A DNA stretch of 64,000 nucleotides from Histomonas meleagridis 2922-C6/04-290x (lineage: Eukaryota; Protista; Parabasalia): NCBI GenBank assembly GCA_020184695.1, contig JAANOX010000271.1, forward strand, positions 310,001-374,000. The letters run 5' to 3'. Made by a program: the position numbers and the translations under genes. Under the pieces are notes generated by a model that was not told the origin of the DNA, made no database searches, and saw only the letters and a program-made list of their open reading frames with translations. Shown here piece after piece: positions 44,358 to 55,681 of this stretch (position 1 is its first letter; the number at the start of each line of letters is the position of its first letter).

Positions 44358-47300
44358 TTACACCCACACGAAACTACCGAACCGTCCCATATTACAATTA
44401 TCGCAATTTTCTATCAGATGATTTACCAATTCGAACGGGAAATAGTTATCCATTTTATCAGTATCTTCTCCTACGTCTACCGCCAATTTTGTGATTTTCT
44501 CATCGAAAGAACTTTCGTCGATTTCCAAAGCCTTTAAATGTAATACGAATTCATTTTTCTTTTGGAACAATGCGTTTGCGATTGTATTCCACGTTGCAGT
44601 GAACGCTCCGTTCATTACGAACAAAGGCAAAAAAGCTTTAAATTGTGGAATCAAAGGCATATAACCATTCGCAATTCCATTTTTTATAAATCCTGGAAAA
44701 CAAAATCGTTTTCTATCTTTCATAATCATGAAATTAGAATATTGATACAAAACATTTTTGTTTTGACCGAAAATCAAATTAAATATTGAAGAAGAACTTA
44801 AATGTGATGCGAAACTTTGTCGCATGAATAAGAAATCTGTTTTATTACCATTACAACCTTTAATGAACCAATTAATAAAGAGATTTCTTGGTGAATCGAT
44901 TAAATGTTTCTCATAAAATGATTTTGGTGAGATATCTTTTGTTAATGAATCATCAAATGCATTTTTTAATAATGAATTTATATCAAAAGGTTTTATAATG
45001 TTTTGTAATGATTTTATTGGTGGTGAAAACATCATTAAAATCGAAGGATGAATTAAAAATGATTTAGGATAAAATACAAATGGATTCCTCGTGATAGAAC
45101 TTGGGAATTTCTTAAGACAATGATCAATAATATTTGCTAATAAATATTCATTTTGTGCATATTGATATAATTTAGATGAAACTAAATTATAAATTTGGAA
45201 TTTCCCAGTCGAAAAAAAACATTTCATTTTAGCTTCTTTAGTACCATCTGCAATTAAATATGATTTTATAATTCGATTTGATGATTTAGGCATATTAATA
45301 CCATTTAATGAGAAATATTTTTCATTTTTACTAATTTTATATTCGGTCATAAAATAGGGTGGGTTTGCCTGGCAGAATTCGTAAAGTTCTGAATTTTCGA
45401 TGTTATTATAAATCGAATTATAATATTGAATAATAGCATCGACTGAATTATCAAGTTTTTGGATATCATTTTTACATTTATTTATGAAACTAAAGAATAT
45501 TTCGAATTCTTTTTGTATATTAGAGTTAATATTTAAGATTATATTATTAATTTCTTTAATTACGTTTAAATTTTGTTGATTATTTTTTATCATTTGATTC
45601 CGAATATGATTAAAAGTTAATAAAAACAAAGTTGGATTTGACTTAAAAATGTTTTGGATGAAAGTTGTTGGTATTTCTAATGAAGCGTTTAATATATATT
45701 TAATCCACGGTATTAATATATATTTATTTGTTTTATTTAAATGATTTAATTGTGAACAAAACGTGTTCGCAAATAATGGATTCTTTCGAATTAATATTAA
45801 TATCATTGATATATAAATGTTATCATATTTCGATGTCGTATCATTTAATTCATCTAAAAGATATAAAATGATTTTAGTTTGATCATGTTCAATAATATCT
45901 TCTTCTTTTAATTGTATTAATATAGTTAGCCATTGTTTTTTAGTGAATTTATTATTAGAAAGTTCATAAGCATATTGATAATTACATAAAAATATCGATA
46001 AGTTAATACGTAATAAATTATATAAATTTGAATTTTCGGGTTTTTTTAAGAATTTATATATTCGTTTTAATGATATATTATTAATTGGAATTGTTTTATA
46101 TTCTTTTGTTGACTTTTGATATTGGATTAAACCTTCTTTAATACATCCAACTTGTATTAAAAGTTTTGACATTAAATTTTGATTTTGTTGAATCATTTCA
46201 TTAATTTCAGGTTTTAATAAGTTTAAAACTTGATTATTATTGATTAACATATAATCATTAAATATTTTATTTTGTAATATAATTCTCGATAAAATAATTT
46301 CATTTTTATCAAGAGTTTTCATTAATTGAAATTTATTTTTATGTATAATATCTTTAATATTAATGTTTTGTTGATTATAAACTTTTATCATATCTAAAAT
46401 TTCAGTATTAATAATTTGTTTGTTTACTATAGGTAAAAAAGTTTGAGAAACAAATGATGTTAATTGACTATTTGATTTAGAAGGTATATCATGAGAAATA
46501 GGTAATAACACTTGTGTAATATTTGATTTCGGATGTTCAAATATTAATTCATTTATGTTATCATATATCGAAAGTTCTTGATTATTTACTATGTTTCGAA
46601 GTTTTAATAATATTAAAAAATATATATCTTCATCATAAAGATTATCAAAGTAATACCCTTTCGATATAGAATAATTAGAAATTTGATGAAATAAAACGGC
46701 GTTTGTTAAATTCGGATGTTCTGTTTTAAAGATACCTAAGGAATCTTCCCATAAGTTTAAGTCTTCAAGATATTTCATGTTTTTATATAAGTTTAATTGT
46801 GGATATGGGACTTGATTTATATATTCAGGAAAATTAGTAAAACAATCAGAAAGTGTTGAATTTGGAAATTGATGAATATAATAATTGACAAAATTATTTA
46901 TATTCATATTAACCAAATAACTTAAATTTAATGTTATGAATTTCTTTAAATTTTGTTCATCGATATCATATAATAAAAAATGTATTGTTTCGGGTAAAAA
47001 AAGTTTTAAAAAGATATGTGAATGAATTCGTTCTGGTTGAGAAAACCAATCGAAAGTAAATAAATCATTTATTATATTATTACTTGTAGTAATTGTTAAT
47101 ATTTTTGTGATGGAATAATTTGATAATAATTCTTTATTGGTATAATTCATTAAAATTTTATGTATATATTTATTCATAGGAAATTTAATATGATTTAAAT
47201 CTAAAATAATTTCTTCTTCATTAAATGGAAAAAATGCTTCAAGAATTATTAAAATTTTATTAATGATTTTAAACTCATATTCATTCTCATTTAACCAATT

Positions 47301-50300
47301 TGATAAAGTAGCTAATGATGAAGAAGTTATAATATTACTTAATTCTTTATTATTTTCATCTTTAAAATATGACTTTAAATCTTTTAAAATTATATTTGAA
47401 AAATAAAATCGATTTAAATTTATGATAATTTTTAATGAGTTTTTATATTCTTCATTAAATTCTTCTGTTATATTCGATTTAAAAAAATTAGAAGGTAATA
47501 TAAGTGATGGAATAAAAGGTTTTAATTGTTGAAAAAAAGGTTTTAATAACAAAATAATTTTAATAAGAATTTCAGTTTTAATTTGTATTATTGGTTGTTT
47601 ATCATTAAATTTTTCTTCTAACTTCTCTATTAATTGTTTAATAATATCAAAAAATATATTATAATCTTCTTCTTTAATTATTACTAATAATTTCTTTATA
47701 ATTAAAGGAATGTTTTTCATTAAAATTAATATGTCAATATCAGATTGATTAAAAAAACTAATTAAAATTTTCAAAAATATTTCAAATAATTTATAATTAG
47801 TTTTAATATTATTATTATTTTCTGGTTGATATTTATCAAATATATTAAAAAACAATGAAATTATTTGTTTTTGATATTTAATTTTTAAAGATTTATTTAA
47901 AAACATTTTTACATAAATATTAATTAAATATTTTAAAAAGTCATTAACTGTTTTATATGTTAATAATTCCAATATATTTAATGTTTGTTTCATAAAATAT
48001 GGTCTATTAACTAATAAATTTATTAAAGTTTCTTTCATTTGTAAAGGGAATTCAACATTTGTAAAGTTAATTATATGTTTTGATATATTACAATATCGAA
48101 TAATACTTTGTACACCAGAAATTGAAGTAATTCCATAAAATAAACTTAACGCACTTGCTTTAGATGATGAAAAGATTAATGGCGAAGCATTTAAGTCAGA
48201 AACAACTACATTTTTATTATATCCTAAACTAGCCGATAAATAATGTATTACAAAATCAGTAAAAATATCACTTCGATGATATTTAGTAAAACCAGTTTGA
48301 AAATCGATTTTTTCTTTTGGTGGAAATTTCTTAAATCGTTCATTAAATATATTTAAGATAAATATTCTTGTAGATACTGATATTGTATCTAATAATAAAT
48401 TCGACTTTAATAAGTCATAAATTTTATTAATTTTATCAGTCTCTAACATAGATATAAATAAAATAAAATGTTTAATGAATTCGGGATAATTAAATAAGTT
48501 GTTTGAATGTAATAATATTGTTAAAAGTTCATTATAAAGATAACCAAAAAGATCATTATCTAAATTAAATAAATCATAATAATTTAATGGTAATAATGAA
48601 TTAGAAATATCATTTAATAAACTTGGCTTATATATAGTACGAATATTTTTCCTAAAAATTAATAAAAACTTTTTAACTAAATTATATAAATTATTAAAAT
48701 CAAATTCATTTCGATTTAAGTTATTTAAAATAGTTGAAAAAATCGAAAAAAATCCGGATAATATAAAATCGAAATATTGATTTTTTAAATCCAAATTTAA
48801 TTCTTGTTCTAAAAGATGTTTTATAAAGATGTTTCTAAATTGAATACATTCTGGATGAGTAATAATTTTTTTTAATAATATTAATAAATCGTTTGAAAAA
48901 TCTAATTTTATTCTATTAAAAAATACTTCATATAATTCATTTGGTGCTATTACACCTATTATATAAATTGGAACATCTAATAACAATGGAATTTGCATAA
49001 TTTTTAAATGGAAATCAATAATTGTTAAACATAATTGATGTAATTCAATGTTTTGATCTTTTTTATGTATAATTTTGATGATTTTATATAAAATTGTAAT
49101 ACATTTTTGTATAATAGTTCTAGAAACTCTTGAATTTCTAAATTGTTCATATATCATATTAATAGTTTTAATGACCCATTCTATATGTTTTATATATTTA
49201 TCAGAATAAGTTGATTTAATAATGAATTTTAATATTAATAAATCTTCAGGCGGTATCATTTGTAATGAATTATCTAAAAATACTTCATACTTTATAGCAA
49301 ATTCTTGTGGTATTGAAGGATAACCTAAAAATTCTTTTTCCTTCTTAAGTTTTTTTAAAAAATATGGAACAAATTGAAACATTTTTTCTTGATGAAGTTT
49401 AGCCATAATATTACCCCATAATTGATTTGATTCATTCGGTAAAAAAATTAATAATTTCGAAAATAATTTTAAGATAAATTTAATTGTGAAATATGAATTT
49501 AATTTAGGATCATAAAAATCTGAAAGTTTTATAAATTGTTGAATTTCTTCGGAATAAATTGATACTTGTAAACTCGTCATTAATTTTAATAATTGTGTAA
49601 TTAATAATGTAGGATCACCAATATCATTAAATGATTGTATAAATAAAAACTCATATTTAAAACTTGGAAATTTGGTTAATATTTTTGGTAATTGTGGAAT
49701 TATTGATTTCCGTGTTTCTTCAAAATCACTTTTAACTCCACAATTTACTTCGCAAAATTTTATTGTCTTTAATGCTATATGTCGAATAGTTCTTTGAGGA
49801 GAAATTGCTAATTTAACAAATGCTCTATAAATTTTTTGTACTGTTTTTTTATTATAATTCCTATTAAATATATGTCTTTTAAATATATCTAATACAAATT
49901 CATAATATGTTTGACAATAAAATGTTAAAGTTTTTAATAAATGTATAAATATTATACAATTTGTAGATACTTTATCAATACAAAATTCGATTGTTTGTAA
50001 TACAGAATATATTAATCTTGGATGAAATGACATCGTTTTAGTTATATATTTCATGAAATTAATGATATCTATATCTTCAATATTTTCGATGATTGAAGTT
50101 CCATATTTTTGTTTTATTAATAAAAATGCATATTGTTGTGGTGGGTTTGTAAATTTAATTGATTCATTTAGAAATGAATCATCGAAATTATTTAAATATC
50201 TAAAAATTTTTATAACATATTCATCGTTAACTAATTTCTCGAATTTATATTTCGTAATATAATTCATAATATAATGAAAAAAACTTTTTAATTGTTCTAT

Positions 50301-51734
50301 TGTTGGGTTTTCTATTCTTTTAATTGCACGAAATAATATCTCTATATCTATATTTAAGTTTTCATTTTCTGGTTGAATCTCTTCATATATATTTAAATGT
50401 GATACATTATCAATTGTCGTTAAAGGATATTTAACAAATAAATCAGGACATTTATCAATTAAAGGTTTTTTTACACTTGTTTTCTCTTTTAATACCGCAA
50501 CAACAAATCTTTTTTTTATAGGTTCTTTAAGTAAATAAATCCCTTGAAAAAACTCTGCAGGAAATTCACTTAAAAGTTGTATTGTTGCATATTTATAACG
50601 TGGTGATTCAAGTATCGGAAAAAACAAATTTATCCAAATTTTTATTGATTCGTTTTTATGTTTAAATAATTGATAAAAACGTATAGCAATAAATGATATA
50701 CTTGAAGTTAAAAATTGTATTTTAATTAATGATTGGAAAATATTTGATAAAGAAAATGATAAATTCTCTAATGCATTAACTAAATCTTTAGACTGATGTA
50801 AATTAGCATGAATTTTCAAAAAAAGTCTTAAAATAAAATAATCCAATAAATTAAAACTTTTTGTTTTAAAACATAACATTATTAACTTAACTAAATATGG
50901 AACAAATTCTTGTGGAATCGCATTATATTTCTTATAAACTTCTTGAACAATAAATAACATTAAATTCCCAATGATTTCAATAGCTTCAAATTTCATCATC
51001 GAATCGAATTCTTCAGTAATTATTTTAAAAAAATTTAGAAAATATATTTGACTTGGAATCATTTTAATTAATAAATTATTAATATGTGAATGATATACTT
51101 GATTTTTATCTTGTGGAAACAATAATTTAAAATTCGAAATCAATAAAAAATTAATAACTTCAGGTTTTTGTTGTGAGAAAACAGAAGAAACAAAAATTTG
51201 TATGAAATTAAGGATTTTCCGATGAAACAAATTATTATCAATGTTTTCTTGTATATAACAAACCAATTTATCTGTTGAATCATTTGATTTCCGGACATTT
51301 CCTGCTATATCTAATATATATGATATATATTTAATTAATCGTTCAATTATTTCATTTTCTTTATGTAAAGATGAAATATTTGGATAATTGTTATTGCCAG
51401 GATTTAAAATCCATTGTATTATCTTTAATAATGTTATGTTATTATCTATCCATGTTTCAATATTAAATCCTTTTTCTAAATCAATTTCTTCTAATTCATT
51501 TTTCATGTTCTCAAAACATCGAACAAATTGTTCAAATAATTCTAATTGTAATATACAACATTGTTGATAAACAATTCCATTTACAAAATGTTTATACGCT
51601 TCGAATATGCAATTAAAAATTCGAGGAGGCTGTTTAAAGTCACTTAAAAATGCACAAAAATTGGGTGAAATAGATTTAAAAAAAATATGTGGTGAATCAG
51701 GATTAGTTATTAAGATTTTAACAAATGATTCCAT
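44358..51734 (-). CDS. TRRAP/Tra1-like PIKK pseudokinase (main ORF)
   Basis: 2458-aa helical solenoid ending in a PIKK-like domain (FLFMRQSFASHL) without DxxxxN/DFG, and a FATC-like tail ending FVWV. Confidence 0.68.
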   Translation of the reverse strand: MESFVKILITNPDSPHIFFKSISPNFCAFLSDFKQPPRIFNCIFEAYKHFVNGIVYQQCCILQLELFEQFVRCFENMKNELEEIDLEKGFNIETWIDNNITLLKIIQWILNPGNNNYPNISSLHKENEIIERLIKYISYILDIAGNVRKSNDSTDKLVCYIQENIDNNLFHRKILNFIQIFVSSVFSQQKPEVINFLLISNFKLLFPQDKNQVYHSHINNLLIKMIPSQIYFLNFFKIITEEFDSMMKFEAIEIIGNLMLFIVQEVYKKYNAIPQEFVPYLVKLIMLCFKTKSFNLLDYFILRLFLKIHANLHQSKDLVNALENLSFSLSNIFQSLIKIQFLTSSISFIAIRFYQLFKHKNESIKIWINLFFPILESPRYKYATIQLLSEFPAEFFQGIYLLKEPIKKRFVVAVLKEKTSVKKPLIDKCPDLFVKYPLTTIDNVSHLNIYEEIQPENENLNIDIEILFRAIKRIENPTIEQLKSFFHYIMNYITKYKFEKLVNDEYVIKIFRYLNNFDDSFLNESIKFTNPPQQYAFLLIKQKYGTSIIENIEDIDIINFMKYITKTMSFHPRLIYSVLQTIEFCIDKVSTNCIIFIHLLKTLTFYCQTYYEFVLDIFKRHIFNRNYNKKTVQKIYRAFVKLAISPQRTIRHIALKTIKFCEVNCGVKSDFEETRKSIIPQLPKILTKFPSFKYEFLFIQSFNDIGDPTLLITQLLKLMTSLQVSIYSEEIQQFIKLSDFYDPKLNSYFTIKFILKLFSKLLIFLPNESNQLWGNIMAKLHQEKMFQFVPYFLKKLKKEKEFLGYPSIPQEFAIKYEVFLDNSLQMIPPEDLLILKFIIKSTYSDKYIKHIEWVIKTINMIYEQFRNSRVSRTIIQKCITILYKIIKIIHKKDQNIELHQLCLTIIDFHLKIMQIPLLLDVPIYIIGVIAPNELYEVFFNRIKLDFSNDLLILLKKIITHPECIQFRNIFIKHLLEQELNLDLKNQYFDFILSGFFSIFSTILNNLNRNEFDFNNLYNLVKKFLLIFRKNIRTIYKPSLLNDISNSLLPLNYYDLFNLDNDLFGYLYNELLTILLHSNNLFNYPEFIKHFILFISMLETDKINKIYDLLKSNLLLDTISVSTRIFILNIFNERFKKFPPKEKIDFQTGFTKYHRSDIFTDFVIHYLSASLGYNKNVVVSDLNASPLIFSSSKASALSLFYGITSISGVQSIIRYCNISKHIINFTNVEFPLQMKETLINLLVNRPYFMKQTLNILELLTYKTVNDFLKYLINIYVKMFLNKSLKIKYQKQIISLFFNIFDKYQPENNNNIKTNYKLFEIFLKILISFFNQSDIDILILMKNIPLIIKKLLVIIKEEDYNIFFDIIKQLIEKLEEKFNDKQPIIQIKTEILIKIILLLKPFFQQLKPFIPSLILPSNFFKSNITEEFNEEYKNSLKIIINLNRFYFSNIILKDLKSYFKDENNKELSNIITSSSLATLSNWLNENEYEFKIINKILIILEAFFPFNEEEIILDLNHIKFPMNKYIHKILMNYTNKELLSNYSITKILTITTSNNIINDLFTFDWFSQPERIHSHIFLKLFLPETIHFLLYDIDEQNLKKFITLNLSYLVNMNINNFVNYYIHQFPNSTLSDCFTNFPEYINQVPYPQLNLYKNMKYLEDLNLWEDSLGIFKTEHPNLTNAVLFHQISNYSISKGYYFDNLYDEDIYFLILLKLRNIVNNQELSIYDNINELIFEHPKSNITQVLLPISHDIPSKSNSQLTSFVSQTFLPIVNKQIINTEILDMIKVYNQQNINIKDIIHKNKFQLMKTLDKNEIILSRIILQNKIFNDYMLINNNQVLNLLKPEINEMIQQNQNLMSKLLIQVGCIKEGLIQYQKSTKEYKTIPINNISLKRIYKFLKKPENSNLYNLLRINLSIFLCNYQYAYELSNNKFTKKQWLTILIQLKEEDIIEHDQTKIILYLLDELNDTTSKYDNIYISMILILIRKNPLFANTFCSQLNHLNKTNKYILIPWIKYILNASLEIPTTFIQNIFKSNPTLFLLTFNHIRNQMIKNNQQNLNVIKEINNIILNINSNIQKEFEIFFSFINKCKNDIQKLDNSVDAIIQYYNSIYNNIENSELYEFCQANPPYFMTEYKISKNEKYFSLNGINMPKSSNRIIKSYLIADGTKEAKMKCFFSTGKFQIYNLVSSKLYQYAQNEYLLANIIDHCLKKFPSSITRNPFVFYPKSFLIHPSILMMFSPPIKSLQNIIKPFDINSLLKNAFDDSLTKDISPKSFYEKHLIDSPRNLFINWFIKGCNGNKTDFLFMRQSFASHLSSSSIFNLIFGQNKNVLYQYSNFMIMKDRKRFCFPGFIKNGIANGYMPLIPQFKAFLPLFVMNGAFTATWNTIANALFQKKNEFVLHLKALEIDESSFDEKITKLAVDVGEDTDKMDNYFPFELVNHLIENCDNCNMGRFGSFVWV

Positions 51735-52644
51735 TAATAAAATCGTTCGCTTCTTTTGAACAAATGGATCTAAATAAAAATATTGATATATGGATAAAAG
51801 TCTTCCTAAAATATTGGCTATTAATGGATCGTTTATATGAAATATTTGGGATTTTCATGATTGAACATATACAACGATAATAATTTTGTATAATATGTAT
51901 GAACCTTAAATCTTCTGGAATTGATTTCTGAACTTTACCCAAAAGTGACGTTTGAAGTGGAGTTGTTTGACGGTTTTTCGTGATGAGCTTCGAGATTAAT
52001 TTTAATGATTTGGAAATAATTATCTCTGTTTTTTGAAATATTGTGACATCGTTTTTAAATTGAAGACCTCCAAGTGAAATATAAAGGAAAACATCGATTA
52101 AATTAGATATATAATCAAATGTAGCATTTGAAATATGATATGGAATAATTCTTATAAGAAGTAATATAAGCTGTAAATCAGAGGCCTGAATCGACTTTGA
52201 AGATTCTCGTAAAAAAAGAAGGATTTGATTTAAAAATTTTGGATAAAGATTTGGTTCGCCATGTGTTGATGTTAAAAAATGATCACTGAGAAATATAAAA
52301 GCTTGAATACGAGTAGCCCAATGTCTTGAAGTTAAGAAATTAAAGACAAGTGGCTCTAAAACGCTTGAAGTTTGAACATTAAAAAAACTTGGTCGAAGAA
52401 AACGCATGGAATAAATAAGATGCGACTGCAGTACTAACTCAACTTCCGATAGTATGTTATGATTTTGGACATATCGAGTAAGATAAGTATTATATAAAGA
52501 AAAGATGTTTGGATAATGTCCTAATAATTGTGATTCCAAACTAAAAACTAACAAATCTTCCATATTTTTTATCAAATCATTGGTGAGAATTGGTAGTTCA
52601 TTGCTCTCAAATAAACGAAAAACTTGATTACCATTTAGTTCCAT
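51718..52644 (-). CDS. Probable N-terminal part of the TRRAP-like gene, separated by one frameshift
   Basis: 308-aa helical ORF overlapping the next ATG; the downstream frame is open from about 51854. Confidence 0.6.
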   Translation of the reverse strand: MELNGNQVFRLFESNELPILTNDLIKNMEDLLVFSLESQLLGHYPNIFSLYNTYLTRYVQNHNILSEVELVLQSHLIYSMRFLRPSFFNVQTSSVLEPLVFNFLTSRHWATRIQAFIFLSDHFLTSTHGEPNLYPKFLNQILLFLRESSKSIQASDLQLILLLIRIIPYHISNATFDYISNLIDVFLYISLGGLQFKNDVTIFQKTEIIISKSLKLISKLITKNRQTTPLQTSLLGKVQKSIPEDLRFIHIIQNYYRCICSIMKIPNISYKRSINSQYFRKTFIHISIFLFRSICSKEANDFINGIIC

Positions 52645-53344
52645 TTGGAATGAAAACCGTTTATTTTTTATTCACTTTTTTGGAGAAACTTTTCTCCATA
52701 AATTGAAACGTGTTTAGGCTGAAGCTTGAATGATTTCTGCAAATAAAAAATTTTGTCATAAAAACCTTCGACTCTAACTTTTAAAAAATGATTTTAGAAA
52801 ATAATTTTTATGAAAAAGTTGAAATATCTAATGGGACATTATCTTCTTTCGCCTGAACAACGAGAAAATTGGTATTTATGCATTAATAATGATATCAACA
52901 GAATATACAGATTTACAACAAATTGGAACTCTAGCAAATGAATATGGTGATGATTGTTTCAAGAATCATATGTTATACGGAATTCCTTGCAAACATTTAT
53001 TAATTAAGAGAACGTAAGAAGATAAAATTCCTTAGTTAACATTGAATGACTCTCACCCTAGATGGATCAGTTCTATTAATACTTTTATCAACACTAAAAA
53101 CACAATTGAAATAATTAAAAAACAAAAAATAGATTCGAACGACTGGAGCTATTCTTCATGTATAGATAAACCCGAAAGGAATTTTACCTTTGTTGCTCGA
53201 TCCCAAATAATCATTATTCTTCGAAGAATCTTAAGTGGAGCTCTGAATACTTTAAATTGTGTAGAATACGAATCTGGAATGAACGAAGATATTTTACCTC
53301 TTTCAACATTTTTAATCACAGGAACGCCAAATCTCACCCAAGAA

Positions 53345-54463
53345 GAAATGATATCTTTCATTATATTTATGAGAATAAAATTATTATACTAAATAATATA
53401 GAAGAACTAGGAAAAAGATGTATCTTAAATTATAAGAATGAAATTCTTTCATTTCTCGAAAAAGAAGGTATGAAAATAAACAAATTTTTTATTAATAAGT
53501 TAATGGAAACTGGAAACACATTCCTTTTACAATATTTCCTTGAAAAAAGTACAGATTCATATGATTTTTGGGATATTTCAACCATTTCTATAAATGATGA
53601 ACCATTTAAATACTTGGTTGATGAAAAAATTATTAAAACTAATAAAAAAGTGATGATTTAATATATTTCGCATTTATTTTTTTGATTTCCTATTTCAACA
53701 TAATATTTGGTATTTATTTTAAACATTTAAAACACTAATTATGTATGCATTCGAAAAAGGAATAACCAAATTAGTTGAATTACTTCTCGAACAAGAAGGA
53801 ATTGATGTTAATGTAAAAGATATATATTTGTTCTGTTTCAAATTTGTTTTAAATATTTTGGTTCTCAAAATAATATTTGGTAATTGTTTAAATGATTTAA
53901 TACGGCACTTATTTTGGCATCAGAAAGAAATCGTCCAGAAATAGTTAAATTGCTTCTTAAACAAAAAGGTATTAATATTAATGCTAAAGATTTTTATTAA
54001 ATGCAATTAAAATTTATCATAATATTTTGATATTTTTAAGTAATTACTGGAAATTATTTGAATTGTTTTATACAGCTCTCATATATGCATCTGAAAAAGG
54101 TTTCACATAAATAGCTAAATTGCTTCTTGATCATGAAGGAATTGATGTTGATGCAAAAAATATTTATTTATTATAGTTAATATTTATTTGAATAGTTCAA
54201 AATTTCAAAATAATATTTGGAATTTATATATGTTATTTATTACAGCACTTATATATGCAACTAAGTATTGTAATAAAGAAATATTTAAATTACTTCTTAA
54301 GTGTAAAGGTATTAATTTTAATTGTAAGAAATAATTGTTTATTTCATTTAAAATACATTTTAATAACTTGATTTTTCAAAATAATATATGGAAATAATTC
54401 AAATTATTTAGAACAGCACTTTTTTATGCATCCGAGAATGGTTACACAGAATTTGTCAAATGA
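53345..54463 (+). pseudogene. DUF3447/ankyrin gene fragment plus an array of five ankyrin modules with 77-79-nt spacers
   Basis: RNDIFHYIYEN..ELGK..EGMKIN matches the paralogs; modules start at 53729, 53899, 54069, 54239 and 54410; stops at 54108 and 54461. Confidence 0.85.
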
Positions 54464-55093
54464 CTTCATATGTAAAAAAGAAAATGATCATATACGAAGG
54501 GCAGGAACGTTTTTATTTGTGTTTCTTTGAAAACGAATCACTATAATAAAATGCATCAAAAAATTTGAAATTTATTTTTGATCAAAATTGATGAAACCTT
54601 TTTTTGGAATTAAATATATATTTCTAATGATCATACATGATATATTTGGCACTAAAGCTAAACAAATATGTTCTTTTTGAATTGAAATGCAAATTAGTGT
54701 TACATTTTTTTTAATTAATTTTTTATGCATGCTATTTACTAACTCATTCTCGAAATCAAAAATTTACTGACATAAAAAAATGCTTTGCTGATCTTTTTAT
54801 ATCTCATTGAGAAGAAAAAAACGTTTTGATTTTTTGGAACGTTCCAAAGAACGTTGGCAACGTTGTTAGGGGGGGGGTATCCAACGATATCGAATTCAAT
54901 GCATCTCTATTCAATTCCTTTTGTTAAAATTCTGACAATTGAATTTTGAGATCAACAGGAAATAATTTCATTTTTGAATGGCTTTTTTCAATATAGATTC
55001 CCGGTTCTGGATTATCAGTTCGGCCAAACTCCCCTCAGAAAAAACGCTATAATTTGCATTCAATTTTTCAATTCAAACATATCATTAGGATTT

Positions 55094-55681
55094 ATGAGCG
55101 GAGGCAAGTCACAATGCAGATGTAAATGCGGGAATATATCAATATCAGGGATAAAACTACCAAAAGGTGCATTTCCAAATATACCTAATCCAGAAAAAAA
55201 GCATTGTGAATCTTGTATTCAAATATTTAAAGTCAATAACAGAGTCAATATAAACGATAACTCAAAGGTTCTCACCAAAAACAGAAGCAAAGGATGCATG
55301 GATATTACATGTCTTAATTGTAATACAACACTTCGCTTTTTCCATAACAAAAATCCAACATATGTCGGAATTACTCGTCAGCATCGAAATAGCAACACCG
55401 AACAACTTAACCCCAGAAATATTCAACTTAAAAAGATACAGCCATCATATTCTTTTGATATAAAAGAAAAATTCAACTTATGCATCAACCCAGAACCGAT
55501 TGTACAAAACGAAAAACAGAACATCTTTGGTGAATTTCAAGAAGACGAAGATTTTGAGTTGATGTTTGGAAACAAAAACACACCAATTGTCGGCTCATTT
55601 GAGCAAAACATATATCAGCCATATTCAGAAGAAGCTTTTCATGCTTTTAGGAGCAATGGCTTGCCCAAAAGTTGCGCGTAA
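55094..55681 (+). CDS. Hypothetical Cys-rich (Zn-ribbon-like) protein
   Basis: First ATG at 55094 after TCATTA; CRCKC, C..C and C..C motifs. Confidence 0.65.
   Translation: MSGGKSQCRCKCGNISISGIKLPKGAFPNIPNPEKKHCESCIQIFKVNNRVNINDNSKVLTKNRSKGCMDITCLNCNTTLRFFHNKNPTYVGITRQHRNSNTEQLNPRNIQLKKIQPSYSFDIKEKFNLCINPEPIVQNEKQNIFGEFQEDEDFELMFGNKNTPIVGSFEQNIYQPYSEEAFHAFRSNGLPKSCA

Noticed and set aside
16080-54110. Alternative genetic code (TAA as a sense codon)
   Set aside because: Most intact genes end in TAA, and long ORFs of 1000-2400 codons contain none; the in-frame TAAs are confined to genes with other lesions.
53729-54463. Canonical spliceosomal introns using ACAG in ACA GCA as the 3' splice site
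   Set aside because: The AG is absent in two modules (ACG GCA, ACA CTA), most upstream modules lack a suitable GT, and such splicing would delete the conserved GIDVNAKD..T residues.
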